From contig NC_086381.1 in NCBI RefSeq assembly GCF_036588685.1, forward strand, positions 53,320,001 through 53,384,000: a DNA stretch of 64,000 nucleotides, given 5' to 3'. This DNA comes from Mytilus trossulus (taxonomy: Eukaryota). Both the position numbers and the translations under genes were made by a program. The notes beneath the pieces were generated by a model. That model ran no database searches, had not been told where the DNA came from, and worked only from the letters and a program-made list of their open reading frames with translations. How positions within the stretch are numbered: the first letter of the stretch is position 1; each line of letters starts with the position of its first letter. This document shows positions 22,051-34,377 of this stretch, piece by piece.

Positions 22051-25000
22051 TGGAACAATTAAATCATGAAAGTAGAGAGGATGATAAAAAGAAAGAACTT
22101 AATATTTTAACTTTTAATTGTAAAAATATACAAACATGCGGTATGTTTTTTGATGAACTTTTTAAATCAACAGATATATTTTTAATTCAAGAACATTGGC
22201 TGTTTAATTTTCAACTGAATTTACTTAATGAACTTCATCAAAATATTTGTGGAATTGGAAAAGCGGTCGATGATAAAGATCCAATAAATCCAACCAATTT
22301 ACCTCGTGGTTATGGGGGAACAGGAATTTTATGGAGAAAAGACCTTGACAATTTTATTAATCCGTTAGATATTGGAAACGATAGAATTTGCTGTGTTGAA
22401 CTTTTAGGATCTTCAAAGCTACTCCTAGTATCTGTTTATTTACCATGTAAAGGAACACCATCTGATTCATTAGAATTTTATAACTGTATAGACCAACTAC
22501 ATGAAATCGTTCAAAGTTATAGCGACTCTCACTCTATTATAATTGGTGGCGATTTTAACGAAAATATTTTAAGTAAAATAGATACGAGAAGAAACAAATA
22601 TTTAGTAGACTTTTTGAATGAAAATAGTTTATATACTGAAGAAAATGGTATTACTTTTGTAAATTGTAGTGGTAAAGGAACTTCAACTATTGACTTTTTA
22701 CTTTTTAAACAAGATTTTAAAGAGAATGTGATCAGTATGGAAACAATGGACAATGTAGCTACTAACGTGTCTGATCATTTTCCTGTTAAAGCAAAATTGA
22801 AATATATCATCAATGCTAAAGAAAAACTGAAATGTTCAAATTCAAATATTCTACCCTCTGGAAAAACTCCATGGAAAAAAATAGATAAAGACGCATATAA
22901 AACTTTAGTTGAAAATGGATTAGATAATTTTTCATCATCTTTAGAAAATAAATATGAAGTGGATATTGCTTTTCAAAATATGAACAGTTTGCTCTTCAAT
23001 TCAGCAAAAAGTTGTTGTCCAACTCCTCGAAAAAGATATAGAAAACCAAAATTAAAAGTAATGAATGAAGATATTTCTGGCGCAATTGCAATGAAAAAAA
23101 AGGCTTTTTATCAATGGAAGATTAATGGGCGGTCGGAAGATCCAAGGAATGAACTTTATATTCAGAAAAAAGAGACAACTTATAATTTACGTAAACACTG
23201 TCGCAAGGCAGTTGCGATGAATAGAATCGATGAAAGAGAAAAAATAATGGAAGCAAATATCAAAAACAAAAATTCATTTTATAGACTTATTAAAAAACAG
23301 AGGGGAAGATTAAGTAATCATATAGATGAACTATCTGCAGGAGACACAGTGTATAGTACAGAAAACAACATTTTAAGTGGATGGAAACATCATTTTGAAA
23401 ATTTAACAAAAAATTCTATTCATGAACATTTTGATAACAAATATCAACAAAAGATCGAACAAGAATATATTGATATAATTGACATTTGTAGAGCTATGTT
23501 TCAGCACCAAAGTATTACTGAAAATGAAATAGTAGAAGCTTTGAAGTTATTAAATTTAAATAAATCACCAGATATATTTGGAGTTTCAACTGAAAACTTA
23601 TTATATGGAGGACAATCTCTTATTTATCACCTTAAAGAACTCTTGGATAGTACTTTTAGACTTTGTTATATACCAGACGAACAGAAATTAGGGATAGTAA
23701 TTCCGCTCTTTAAGAATAAAGGAAGTTGTAAAGACAGTAAAAATTATCGTGGAATAACAATTACTCCAACATTATCCAAACTCATTGAGGCTGTTTTAAA
23801 GATCAGAATTAATCCTGACATTATAAAATATCAAAATCCATTACAACGTGGCTTTACCAAAAGAACAGCACCATTAAACTGCTCTTTTATTATAGAAGAA
23901 TATCACAAGGAATGTATCGAGTTAAATGATCAAATAATAATAACTATGCTTGATGCAAAATCTGCATTCGATGCTGTTAAACATGCTGGGCTTATCAGAA
24001 GATTATATCAAATGAAAATTCCGGAACAATCAATTTTAATTATTGATAATCTATATAAAAATGCTGTTTCTTGTGTTAAATGGAATAATCAAATATCGGA
24101 CACTTTTAGAATAGAACAAGGCGTAAGACAAGGAGGGACTCTTAGTGCAGACTTGTACAAAATCTATATAAATACACTTTTAGACATTTTAGCTGATTCA
24201 GGATATGGAGGCAAAATTGGATCTATTTCTTGTTGTGCTCCTACTTGCGCAGATGATTTAGCCATTCTTAGTAACTGTCCGTATGAAACGCAAATTTTAA
24301 TTGATATGGCCTTTGATTTTAGTAAACGTGAGGCATACTTACTACAACCAGCAAAAAGTTGTGTTATACAGTCTAAATCACGTCACCATGAGAAAGTAAA
24401 TGAAAATTTTTGGAATTTAGGCAATTCTGTTCTTCCAACTTCTAATAAAGCAACACATATAGGAATATGTCGTACAGACGATGATTCATGTAAAGCAACA
24501 ATAGATGAGAATTTAAAGAAAGCAAGAAGGACACTATATAGTTTAATGGGGGTTGGACTTTATGGCGAAAATGGACTAGATCCACAAACTTCAATGTCAA
24601 TAATGAATACTTGTATTATACCGATAATGTTTTATGGATTGGAAATAGTAATCCCTAGAGGAAGATGTTTAGAAACTTTAAATATCCAATTTAAGAAGTT
24701 CTTGAAACAATTGTTATCTTTACCAAAAACAGTAGCAGATCCTGCTATATATATGATTTCTGGGATGTTACCTGTAGAAGCTCAAATAGATGTAAAAATT
24801 CTAACTTTTTATGGAAATATTACTAGACAAGGAAAAAATTCTATTGAATGGCAACTAGCGGAAAGGCAATTAAATGTTAAATCTATTAATAGTAATAGTT
24901 GGTTTAGTTTACTGAGGAAAATATTTTTGAAATATGAACTTAATGATCCTGCACAATACTTAGTTAATCCAATTAGTAAATACCAATGGAAAAGGGAAAT

Positions 25001-25568
25001 AACTTCCAAAGTTCAAAAATTCTGGATTGAGAAGATACTGAATCAAGCAAAACTTTATACCAGTTTAAGATACTTATCGTTGATATATAAACCAGGACAA
25101 TGTCATCCTATTGCAAATACAAATACTATGAATTCAAGGGAAATTATTAGAATTCCTACAAAATTGAAAATAGCTACTGGGAGTTACATTCTGCAAACAG
25201 TTAGAGCCAAGTTTAAAAGTAATACAGAACTGTCTATATGCAAACTGTGTAATGAAACAGAAGAAACTTTACCACATTTCTTATTAACGTGTAAAAGTTT
25301 AGAAGATATCAGAAAACCAATTTTGGAAGATTTAATTAATTCCTGTAGTGAAGAACTAGCTGCTTTTAATATGAAAGGTGAACATTTTGACATTTTACAA
25401 CTGATCATAGATCCCTTTAATTACATGACAATGTTAAGAAATGAAAAAGTTTTTAAAGTGATACAGAACATTATAGATCCAAAATGTAGGCGATTATGTT
25501 ACAATCTCCATTGTGAAAGATATAGACTGTTGCAATTAGATGATATAAAGAAAAAGAAAAGAAAGTAA
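22011..25568 (+). CDS. LINE-B ORF2: AP endonuclease + reverse transcriptase + CCHC (ATGs at 22017 and 22050; frame opens at 22011)
   Basis: TFNCKN, QEHWL, GDFN, IDF, SDH; NYRGI, DAKSAFD, GVRQG, PTCADD; CKLC...HFLLTC. Confidence 0.95.
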   Translation, partial: FFMENKPQCPTDIMEQLNHESREDDKKKELNILTFNCKNIQTCGMFFDELFKSTDIFLIQEHWLFNFQLNLLNELHQNICGIGKAVDDKDPINPTNLPRGYGGTGILWRKDLDNFINPLDIGNDRICCVELLGSSKLLLVSVYLPCKGTPSDSLEFYNCIDQLHEIVQSYSDSHSIIIGGDFNENILSKIDTRRNKYLVDFLNENSLYTEENGITFVNCSGKGTSTIDFLLFKQDFKENVISMETMDNVATNVSDHFPVKAKLKYIINAKEKLKCSNSNILPSGKTPWKKIDKDAYKTLVENGLDNFSSSLENKYEVDIAFQNMNSLLFNSAKSCCPTPRKRYRKPKLKVMNEDISGAIAMKKKAFYQWKINGRSEDPRNELYIQKKETTYNLRKHCRKAVAMNRIDEREKIMEANIKNKNSFYRLIKKQRGRLSNHIDELSAGDTVYSTENNILSGWKHHFENLTKNSIHEHFDNKYQQKIEQEYIDIIDICRAMFQHQSITENEIVEALKLLNLNKSPDIFGVSTENLLYGGQSLIYHLKELLDSTFRLCYIPDEQKLGIVIPLFKNKGSCKDSKNYRGITITPTLSKLIEAVLKIRINPDIIKYQNPLQRGFTKRTAPLNCSFIIEEYHKECIELNDQIIITMLDAKSAFDAVKHAGLIRRLYQMKIPEQSILIIDNLYKNAVSCVKWNNQISDTFRIEQGVRQGGTLSADLYKIYINTLLDILADSGYGGKIGSISCCAPTCADDLAILSNCPYETQILIDMAFDFSKREAYLLQPAKSCVIQSKSRHHEKVNENFWNLGNSVLPTSNKATHIGICRTDDDSCKATIDENLKKARRTLYSLMGVGLYGENGLDPQTSMSIMNTCIIPIMFYGLEIVIPRGRCLETLNIQFKKFLKQLLSLPKTVADPAIYMISGMLPVEAQIDVKILTFYGNITRQGKNSIEWQLAERQLNVKSINSNSWFSLLRKIFLKYELNDPAQYLVNPISKYQWKREITSKVQKFWIEKILNQAKLYTSLRYLSLIYKPGQCHPIANTNTMNSREIIRIPTKLKIATGSYILQTVRAKFKSNTELSICKLCNETEETLPHFLLTCKSLEDIRKPILEDLINSCSEELAAFNMKGEHFDILQLIIDPFNYMTMLRNEKVFKVIQNIIDPKCRRLCYNLHCERYRLLQLDDIKKKKRK

Positions 25569-25830
25569 CATTTTATGAATCCTAAGTGTCAATTGGTTGT
25601 CTACTCTTAAACAGTGATATCTTTAGATAAATATTTTTAGATTTTAAAATATTTAATGATTTGATGATATTGACATTAAGTCCAATTTTATCGTCAAGAA
25701 TATGATGAACAATGTAAATAGTGTATAGTGATATTGGTGGAAGATATTTTTATTCATGATGTGAAAAACCAATACTCGGAAGAGGTGTGCCTACATTGGC
25801 AGAATATATATTACAGATTACAGATTACAA

Positions 25831-26066
25831 TTCCAAGTCAGGAACCTGTTATTTAGTGGTTGTCGTTGGTTTTTGTGTTACATATTTGTTTTTCGTTCAT
25901 TTTTTGACATAAATAAGGCCGTTAGTTTTCTCGCTTGAATTGTTTTACATTGTATTATCGGGGCCTTTTATAGCTGACTACATGCGGTATGGGCTTTGCT
26001 CATTGTTGAAGGCCGTACGGTGACCTATAATTGTTAATGTTTGTGTCATTTTGATCTTTTGTGGAT
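25831..26066 (+). repeat. 3' part of repeat family B resuming after LINE-B
   Basis: TCCAAGTCAGGAACCTG... colinear with 39541-39780. Confidence 0.85.
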
Positions 26067-26762
26067 AGATAAAAAGACCAAAATTTTAACTTTGACCACT
26101 GAACCATGAAAATGAGATCAAGGTCAGATGATATCTGCCTGCTAGACATGTACACTTTACAATCATTCAATACAACAAATATAGTAAACATATTGCATAA
26201 AGTATGAGAAAAACAGACCAAAACACAAAAACTTAACTATAACCACTGAACCATGAAAATGAGGTCAAGGTCAGATGGCACCTGCCCGTATGACATGTAC
26301 CCCTTACAATCCTTCCATACACGGAATATACTAGACCTATTGCATATAGTATCTGAGATATGGACTTAACCACCAAAACTTAACCTTGTTCACTGATCCA
26401 TGGAATGAGGCCGAGGTCAAGTGAAAACTGTCTGACGGGCATTATAGGACCTTGCAAGGTACGCACAAACCAAGCATAGTTATTCTATTACAAGTCTTAT
26501 AGTAAGAGAGAATTCAACATAACAAAAAATCTGAACTTTTTTTCAAGTGATTACTGAACCATGAAAATGAGGTCAAGGACAATGGACATGTGACTGATGG
26601 AAATTTCGTAACATGAAGCATCTATATACAAAATATGAAGCATCTAGGTATTCCACCTTCTAAAATATATAGCTTTTAAGAAGTGAGCTAACACCGCCGC
26701 CGCCGCCAGATCACTATCACTGTGTCGAGCTTTCTGCAACAAAAGTTGCAGGCTCGACAAAA
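26067..26762 (-). mobile_element. HINE-like element fragment with internal tandem subrepeats
   Basis: Terminus TGCAACAAAAGTTGCAGGCTCGACAAA with (CCG)n, similar in design to the 421-1085 element. Confidence 0.5.
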
Positions 26763-26780
26763 ATCACATAAATTAACAAA

Positions 26781-26870
26781 GGCCAAAGGCTACTGACTTG
26801 GGACAGGCGCAAAAAAAGGCGGTGTTCAACATGTATTTTGAGATCTCAACCCTCCCCCTATACCTTGACA
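26781..26870 (-). ncRNA. Twister-like motif in repeat family D
   Basis: Minus strand reads GGGG-GA-GGGT-TGAGATCTCA...GAA-CACC-GC-C..G-CCTG-TCCCAAGT-CAGT. Confidence 0.45.
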
Positions 26871-28868
26871 ATGTAGAAAAACAAACACACAACAATACGC
26901 ACAGTAAAACTCCGTTCAAGAGAATTCCAAGTCCGATGTCAGAAACGGTAACAAAAGAAACTACACAAAATGACAATAATACATACATTAACAAAGGACT
27001 ACTAGCAGTTACTAACATGCCAGCTCCAGACCTCAATTAAACTGATTGAAAGATTATGTCTTCATCATATGAATATAAAGATCAATCCATCCCGTTAGGG
27101 GTTAAGTATTATACCATCATAGAATATACGAGAAGAACATAACCCGTGTCATGCCAACAACTGGGTTTAGAATAAATGTGTTTAATTCCGATGCAAAGAC
27201 CCTTTAAATGAATCAATATTAAAGCCAACATATGCAATCTTTAATGACCTGATAACAGTATCGTAACTATATCGCTTCTATTTTTAATAAGTTTGTTAAA
27301 AGGTTTTGTAAGTTTTTTTTAGGTAAAATCTGCCATTTTTGTGCTCTGTAAAGAATATTACCATGAAAGATTGGATGTGAAATACCTGAACGTATAGGAT
27401 GTCTGCATGTTGAGTTTTATATTTACGAATGATGTCTTTATACCGATGACAAAATTTAGTAAATGTTTTGACTAGTTTGTGATATCAAAAACCCTGGTGT
27501 AATAATTTTCAGTAATAAATAAATTTCTCTCGCTAAAAATCTAATACAAGTATATTTATAGCTACTGGTGGAAAAAGCTACAGTAAAAATAAATGTTATA
27601 AAGGATCGGGTTGTCACTAGTTTACATAATAATTAAACCTAAAGGAGATTATACAAATCTGGTTAAAAATATCTATATTTTCCAAATATTAATTTAAATA
27701 AATCCTGACAAAAAAAAGTTAGGTTAAAAGTGAGAAAAACAAATAGTGCATATTAGATCTTTTGTAAATATACAATTGAGCACATCTCGTCAAAGTCTTT
27801 TTTGGTAATCCAATATTTTTAGGTGCTATATCAGCAGTTGCTCTATCAGCAGGTAAGTGATATTGACCTTACTGGGAATATCTATGACTTCATTGCTGTC
27901 ATGACTATGATGCACCCTTATTTTTGACATTTTTACCTTTTATGTCTGTGGTTTTTTTTGTTAAAACATCGTTGTCAATATATTTATACGACTATTATAC
28001 AAGTGAGAGGATTAGTTAGTAATAAAACCAGATTTAATCCACCATTTTCTACATCAGAAAATGCCTGTACCAGGTCAAGGATATGGCAGTTGCTATTCAT
28101 TCGTTTGATGTGCTTGAGCTTTTGATGTTGCCATTTAATAAGGGATTTTCCATTTTGAATTTTCCTCGGAGTATTTTTGTGATTTTACTTTTGTATATAA
28201 TATTTATGATACACAACCAGTATAACACGAAAATAATTGGATGAGGGTATTAAAAAATGCGATTCCATACGTGGGTTAACTGTGTCTATAATCGAGATAT
28301 ACATCTGACTCATCTATTATTTATAAATGAGTTTTTCGATAGAAAGCAGAACAATTTGATATATAATTAAGATCTTTTAGAGGGAATTTTAGTAATAATG
28401 AACACTAAAAGTTACCCAAGTCTTAATACATGATAGCTATAGTGCATGTATCATTTTACAAATATGTCAATATCATTTTATCTACTGGAATGTGGAAGGC
28501 ACTTGAAGGGGTTTTTAGTTTAACAAAAAAAGTATTTTTTTTTCATCATTAGAGAAACAGATTCTTACATAGTTACACGTGGATTATCGGATTTATCCAA
28601 TCCCGATATTTAAATTATAAGGTTTAAAACCCTAACCGTAAGGATAAAATATTTTATTATTTTTGCTGTTGCAGGGCAAACAATGACTATTATAAATTTT
28701 CCTGTAGGTTTTTTTTCTAGATAATTGCGTTTAAAAAAACAACGAAAGAACAACAACAACATTGTTCTCTATCAGGAGTAGAAATACCATTACTGTATAC
28801 ATACCACTTCACTCTTAAGGGGGTTCGATCTGTTGTATGCAAAGTGAGGCATAGAGTTGTTATTTTTT

Positions 28869-30105
28869 TCATTTTATACTGCTGATCTTTTTAAAATATT
28901 TTATTTGCCTTATACGATCTAATATCAAAGCTTTTTTGTGGCATTTTCCTGCTTCAGTCATATCACCTATCATATAGCACCCAATACCTAATAGAGTATA
29001 ACACTCTGCTTTCATGACGTTATTTCCTATATAGTTATTGCTTTCAATGCATGTTTTCATTTCATTTAAAGACGCTAAACATTTTTGCATCTCTTCTAAC
29101 TTAAGTAAACACACAAAACGTAAAAATAATGTATAAACAATAGGGGGTTTCTGGATATATCCCTTGTGTTCTACTTCAGGTCTCATTTCGTCAGGAATTA
29201 AAAACGAGTTACGGGAAAAATCGCTCGGCTCCATTGTATAAGCTATATATATTGAGTTTAAATCGGTATCTTGAGTTTGATTCGCTAAATTGTCGATGGT
29301 AAATTTATCTTCACTGTAATACAGTTTCTCTTGTTGATCGTCCTGAAACTTCGATAACACGTAGTCAGCGATTGCAACAGAAACTGAATATTTTCTAATG
29401 CAATAATAGTAAGAAGCTAAGACATTCCACCCGGATACTCCATCACTACGTACTCCCATTAATACAAAGGGTAACATCTCTTTTAAACGTTGATAATGAA
29501 GTTTATTACCCCCGCGCGTGACATTCTGATAAGTAAAACGAGTACCAATGTTTCGACACAACGTACTGAATAAACACTTGAAAATAAATCGGTCGTGATT
29601 TCGTTTGAGCAGGTCAAAACTATTAACCAACACTTGCCAAGGCATAAGTTTGTTTGTAAGGACGGCTTGGCCGCATATAAGCAAAAATCTCACTTCATTA
29701 AGCTTTGAGAGATTTGCAGAACATTTGGAATGGCCAATCACATCCGCTTCTGTAAATATAGGTGACATGTTTTGTGATATGATTTCATATTGAGGAGAAC
29801 AGAAAAAATCAGACATGAAACTTGAAAAAGCAAGACATGCAGAGTAATTTTTATACAACTCAACTATTGTTGTTTTCAAATTCCTCCATTCTGGTAAAGT
29901 GATTCTTTGTTCAAGCACATTCCTTTCTTTTATAAAATAATGCGGCAAGATATGATGTTGAACATAGTATTCAAGTCGCTTGAGTCATTCCGAAAAACAG
30001 TTCTCAAAATTGTGCGGTGTGTATTCTGTAACAGCAACTTCTTCTGAAATCCAGAACACAACTGTTTAAAAAAAATACGAACAAAGAAGTTCTTTTAGAT
30101 TGAAT
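28869..30105 (-). pseudogene. 5'-truncated Mab-21/cGAS-like paralog (C-terminal half only)
   Basis: Highly similar to 37880-39110; in-frame stops at 29985-29987 and 30066-30068; catalytic N-terminus absent. Confidence 0.88.
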
Positions 30106-30506
30106 TATGCAACTTTCAAATTATCTGAAAGATGACAATTTACATATGTAGGGACATTGAATCAAAAAGCCGGAATTTGAAAAAAAAGATAAACAACGCA
30201 TATGATATAATAGCCTTGTGCAATTTGTGTTTTCACAGAAAACGATATTTACCTGTTTCATAGAAGTACAATAACTAGGATAAATATAGATAAAGGTGTG
30301 AACACTGGCGTCGTTTTATAATGATGGAAACTTGTTTGCGGAAATAATAAGCATGATGATATGTTTTTCTGCATCACAATACTGAACAAGGGCATATAAT
30401 TTAAATTACAACATAATAGGAGCTTTCTGGCAACAGTTTTGTAAACCAAATTAAGGTTAGTCTGTTTAAAGGGTTAGCTGCAAACATGACGTGAAGACAA
30501 TCCCAT

Positions 30507-32070
30507 ATTTTTAGCTCACCTGGCCCAAAGGGCCAAGTGAGCTTTTCCCATCACTTGGCGTCCGGCGTCCGGCGTCGTCGTCCGTATTGGTCGTCCGTCG
30601 TCGTTAACTTATACAAAAATCTTCTCCTCTGAAACTACTGGGCCAAATTTAACCAAACTTGGCTACAATCATCATTGGGGTATCTAGTTTAAAAAATGTG
30701 TCCGGTGCCCGGCCAACCAACCAAGATGGCTGCCATGGCTAAAAATAGAACATAGGGGTAAAATGCAGTTTTTGGCTTATAACTCAAAACCAAAGCATTT
30801 AGAGCAAATCTGACATGTGGTAAAAGTGTTAATCATGTTAAGATCTATCTGCCCTAAAATTTACAGATGAGTCCGACAACGCGTTGTTGGGTTGCTGCCC
30901 CTGAATTGGTAATTTTAAGGAAATTTTACTGTTTTTGGTTATTATCTTGAATATTATTATAGATAGAGATAAACTGTAAACAGCAATAATGTTCAGCAAA
31001 GTTAGATTTGAAAATAAGTCAACTTGACCAAAATGGGGTATCTAGTTTAAAAAATGTGTCCGGTGACCCGGCCATTCAATCAAGATGGACGCCATGGCTA
31101 AAATTAGAACATAGGGGTAAAATGCAGTTTTTGGTTTATAACTTAAAAATTAAAGCATTTAAAAAAAATCTGACAATTTAAAGTTGTTAATCAAGTCAAG
31201 ATCTATCTGCCCTGAAAATTTCAGATGAATCGGACAACCGGTTGTTGGGTTGCTGCCCCTGAATTGGTAATTTTCAGGAAATTTTGCTGTTTTTGGTTAT
31301 TATCTAGAATATTATTATAGATAGAGATAAACTGTATGCAGCAATAATGTTCAGCATAGTAAGATTTACAAATAAGTCAACTTGACCGAAATGGTCAGTT
31401 GACCCCTTTAGGATTTATTTCTCTTTATAGACAATTTTTAACCATTTTTCATAAATCTTAGTTATCTTTTACAAAAATCGTCTGAAACTACCTGGCCAAA
31501 TTAATCCAAACTTGGCCACAATAATCTTTGGGGTATCTTGTTTAAAAAATGTGTCTGGTGACCCGGCCATCCAACCAAGATGGCCGCTATGGCCAAAAAT
31601 AGAACATAGGGGTAAAATGCAGTTTTTTGGCTTATATCTCATGAACCAAAGCATTTAGAGAAAATCTGACAGAAGTAAAATTGTTTATTTATTCCCTGAA
31701 ATTTTCAGGTAAATCGGACAAACCGATGTTTGGTTGCTGCACTTGAATTGTTAATTTTCAGGAAATTTTTCTGTTTTGGGTTATTATCTTGAATATTACT
31801 GTAGATAAAGATAAACTGTTCACAGCAATTATGTTCAGCACAGTAAGATTTACAAATAAGTCAATATGACCGAAATGGTCAATTGACCCCCTAAAGAGTT
31901 ATTGTCCTTTACAGTCAATTTTTAACAATTTTCCACTGAAACTACTTGGCCAAGTTCATTATAGATAGAGATAATTGTAAGCAGCAAGAAAGTTCAGTAA
32001 AGTAAGATGTATTAACACATCACCATCATCAAAACACAATTTTGTGATGATCGATCTGCGTCCTTTGTTT
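30507..32070 (+). mobile_element. Helentron-associated (HINE-like) element with internal tandem repeats, 3' truncated
   Basis: TTTTAGCTCACCTGGCCCAAAGGGCCAAGTGAGCT subTIR/IR, (CGT)n microsatellite, three internal repeat units. Confidence 0.7.
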
Positions 32071-34377
32071 ATTTATTAATGAGATATTTTTTGTCTATTT
32101 CAAAATGTTGAAAAACATTAAAAAGACTAGTTAAATCAACTCTTCATTCTTAACATAACAAACGCAAGTTAACATATGATTTATAAAAAAAAGTGTGTGA
32201 CGATTGCAAATGAAATAATAAATATCCACCCAAAATAAATAAACAAGGAACTAAAAAAACAACCTTAAGGTTATAGTATAATAAGTCACTTTACATCTTT
32301 CGATCTGTTTTATTAAACGAAATTTGTCGGAAATCCACTTTTTGTAATGTTTAAAACCTTTTCATAATTACTAGCGTACGAAAAGTTTAAACGGGAATTA
32401 AATGTATCGACATTGCTTATCTAACTATGATGACATTACCAATGAAATTGTGCATGTTATTTGGAAGACAGGTATCAATGTGAAGTTGAAAATACCAAAA
32501 CTGCAAAAATGTGATTAAATAATCTAAATCGGTTCGGAATATCAAAATCTGTTGTATTAAAAGTTAATTAATATTCAATTTTCTCAATTACAAACCTAAA
32601 CTTGATTAAAAAAACCAGATCCCACCTTGCAAGCAAAGTTTAGAGATAGGACATGTTGTTTTATCACATTTTCAAAAAGTACCTATCGTGTGCCTCGCCT
32701 GAGTGAGGGTTAGGCTACGGCAATGCATGGATTTTCTAATTGTGTGGCATTTCCTTATTTTGCAAGGCATGATTTGATAAAATACCCCATAGGGGCTGAA
32801 ATCAAACAATGCGAGAAAAACATTATAGTATAGTTGTAAAGCGAGATAGATCATTGTACCTTGATCTCATATATAAATTAATCTTTTTTTTTTTTTTATC
32901 AAAAGCGGGCATATATATATCTATAGGAGTCATATGACGAGGTGTATTGCATGTAAGTCACATACCTATAAATTTATCCAATGATTCTTGATTCTCTTTA
33001 ACTTTATAATTTATATTGATTTATATTCATATTGATATGAATAACGAATTATTAAGCAAGTTGTACGTCAATGCAAAAAGACAAAAAGAACGTATCAGTA
33101 GAAAATTGAAACAGTATACCAGAAATGTTTTATTGATAGATAGGATAAAATTTCCTTGTGAAAACTGGATATACCAGGGGGGAAATAATTACCGATTTCG
33201 TAGAAATTTTTAACTGTAACGAATAATTTATCAGTTTTTTTATTGTTTGCGAAAATCATATGCATGTAAATGTTACAATAAATAGATAAAATTATGAATT
33301 ACACGTAATCGTTAATCAATTTAGTAATTACTTGTATTTATTCATTGTTTCAGTGATTACTTGTATCACTGTTTTTTTTTTGTGTGTCATGTTACAGCTA
33401 TTTACTAACTTGATATTTAGATGAGAAATAAATCAAGAAACCAAAAAGAAAGTAAATAAGTACGGAAAAAATGTAAATCACAAAAAATGTTTATCAAAAT
33501 TTCAAACACATCAAACAAACGGATAACAACTGTCATATACCTGACTTGATACAGGTATTTTCTTACGTAGAAAATGGTAGATCAAACCTGGTTTGATAAC
33601 TAGCTAACTAGCAAAAAAAAACTGGGTTTATACTTTATTGCTACCTTAACCTCACACTTGTATGACAGTCGCAACCATTCCATTATATTGACGATGTGTG
33701 AACAAAACAAACAGACATAATAGGTAAACATGTAAAAAAATATATGATACAACAATCAATATTGTGTTATAATCTTTATCACTATAAAACAAACAAATAT
33801 ATAATAATGTTTGATTTACAAATTATCTCAACCAAACATGCAATATTGTCACCAATCAACATAGAAATGAATGTCTATTTAAACAATGAGTGCAAATAAC
33901 TTATCATGATACGACAAACTGTTGAGAAATCTTGAGTTTTGTATGCACACTTTACGAATCTTTGCTATTTTGTTATTATTTTGGTTAACTGATGCTAGAA
34001 ACTGAAAAACGGAAGCAACCAAATCCTCGTTACTACTTTGAGCAAAAGATCCACGATTTCTGATGATCATCTCAAAATTCATATCATTTTCTTCTTTCAG
34101 AATTGCTAGCATTTCGGTTGGTATTGGAGACGTAGCTAGGCTGACATTTGATGCAACCAAACATTGTCTACTAGTATTAAGGTGAACATCTCATTCACAG
34201 TGATTTTTTTTTCGAAAATGATGCATGTTGCCTAATTTTGTAGTTATGTTGTTTCTCTTGAAATACACTAGCATGTCTTGTGGTCACCTTTGAACCTCTC
34301 AACACTGCCTTCTGATAAGTATTATCCTTACTTTTAATCATCGGACCATATTTCAACATAGATTTAACAATAAGTAA

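Larger units (their letters stand above)
19568..25829 (+). mobile_element. Full-length two-ORF non-LTR retrotransposon (LINE-B), same broad family as LINE-A but divergent
   Basis: Intact ORF1/ORF2; 3' hairpin TGCC-TACATT-GGCA then (ATTACAG)n tail at 25810-25829. Confidence 0.9.
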
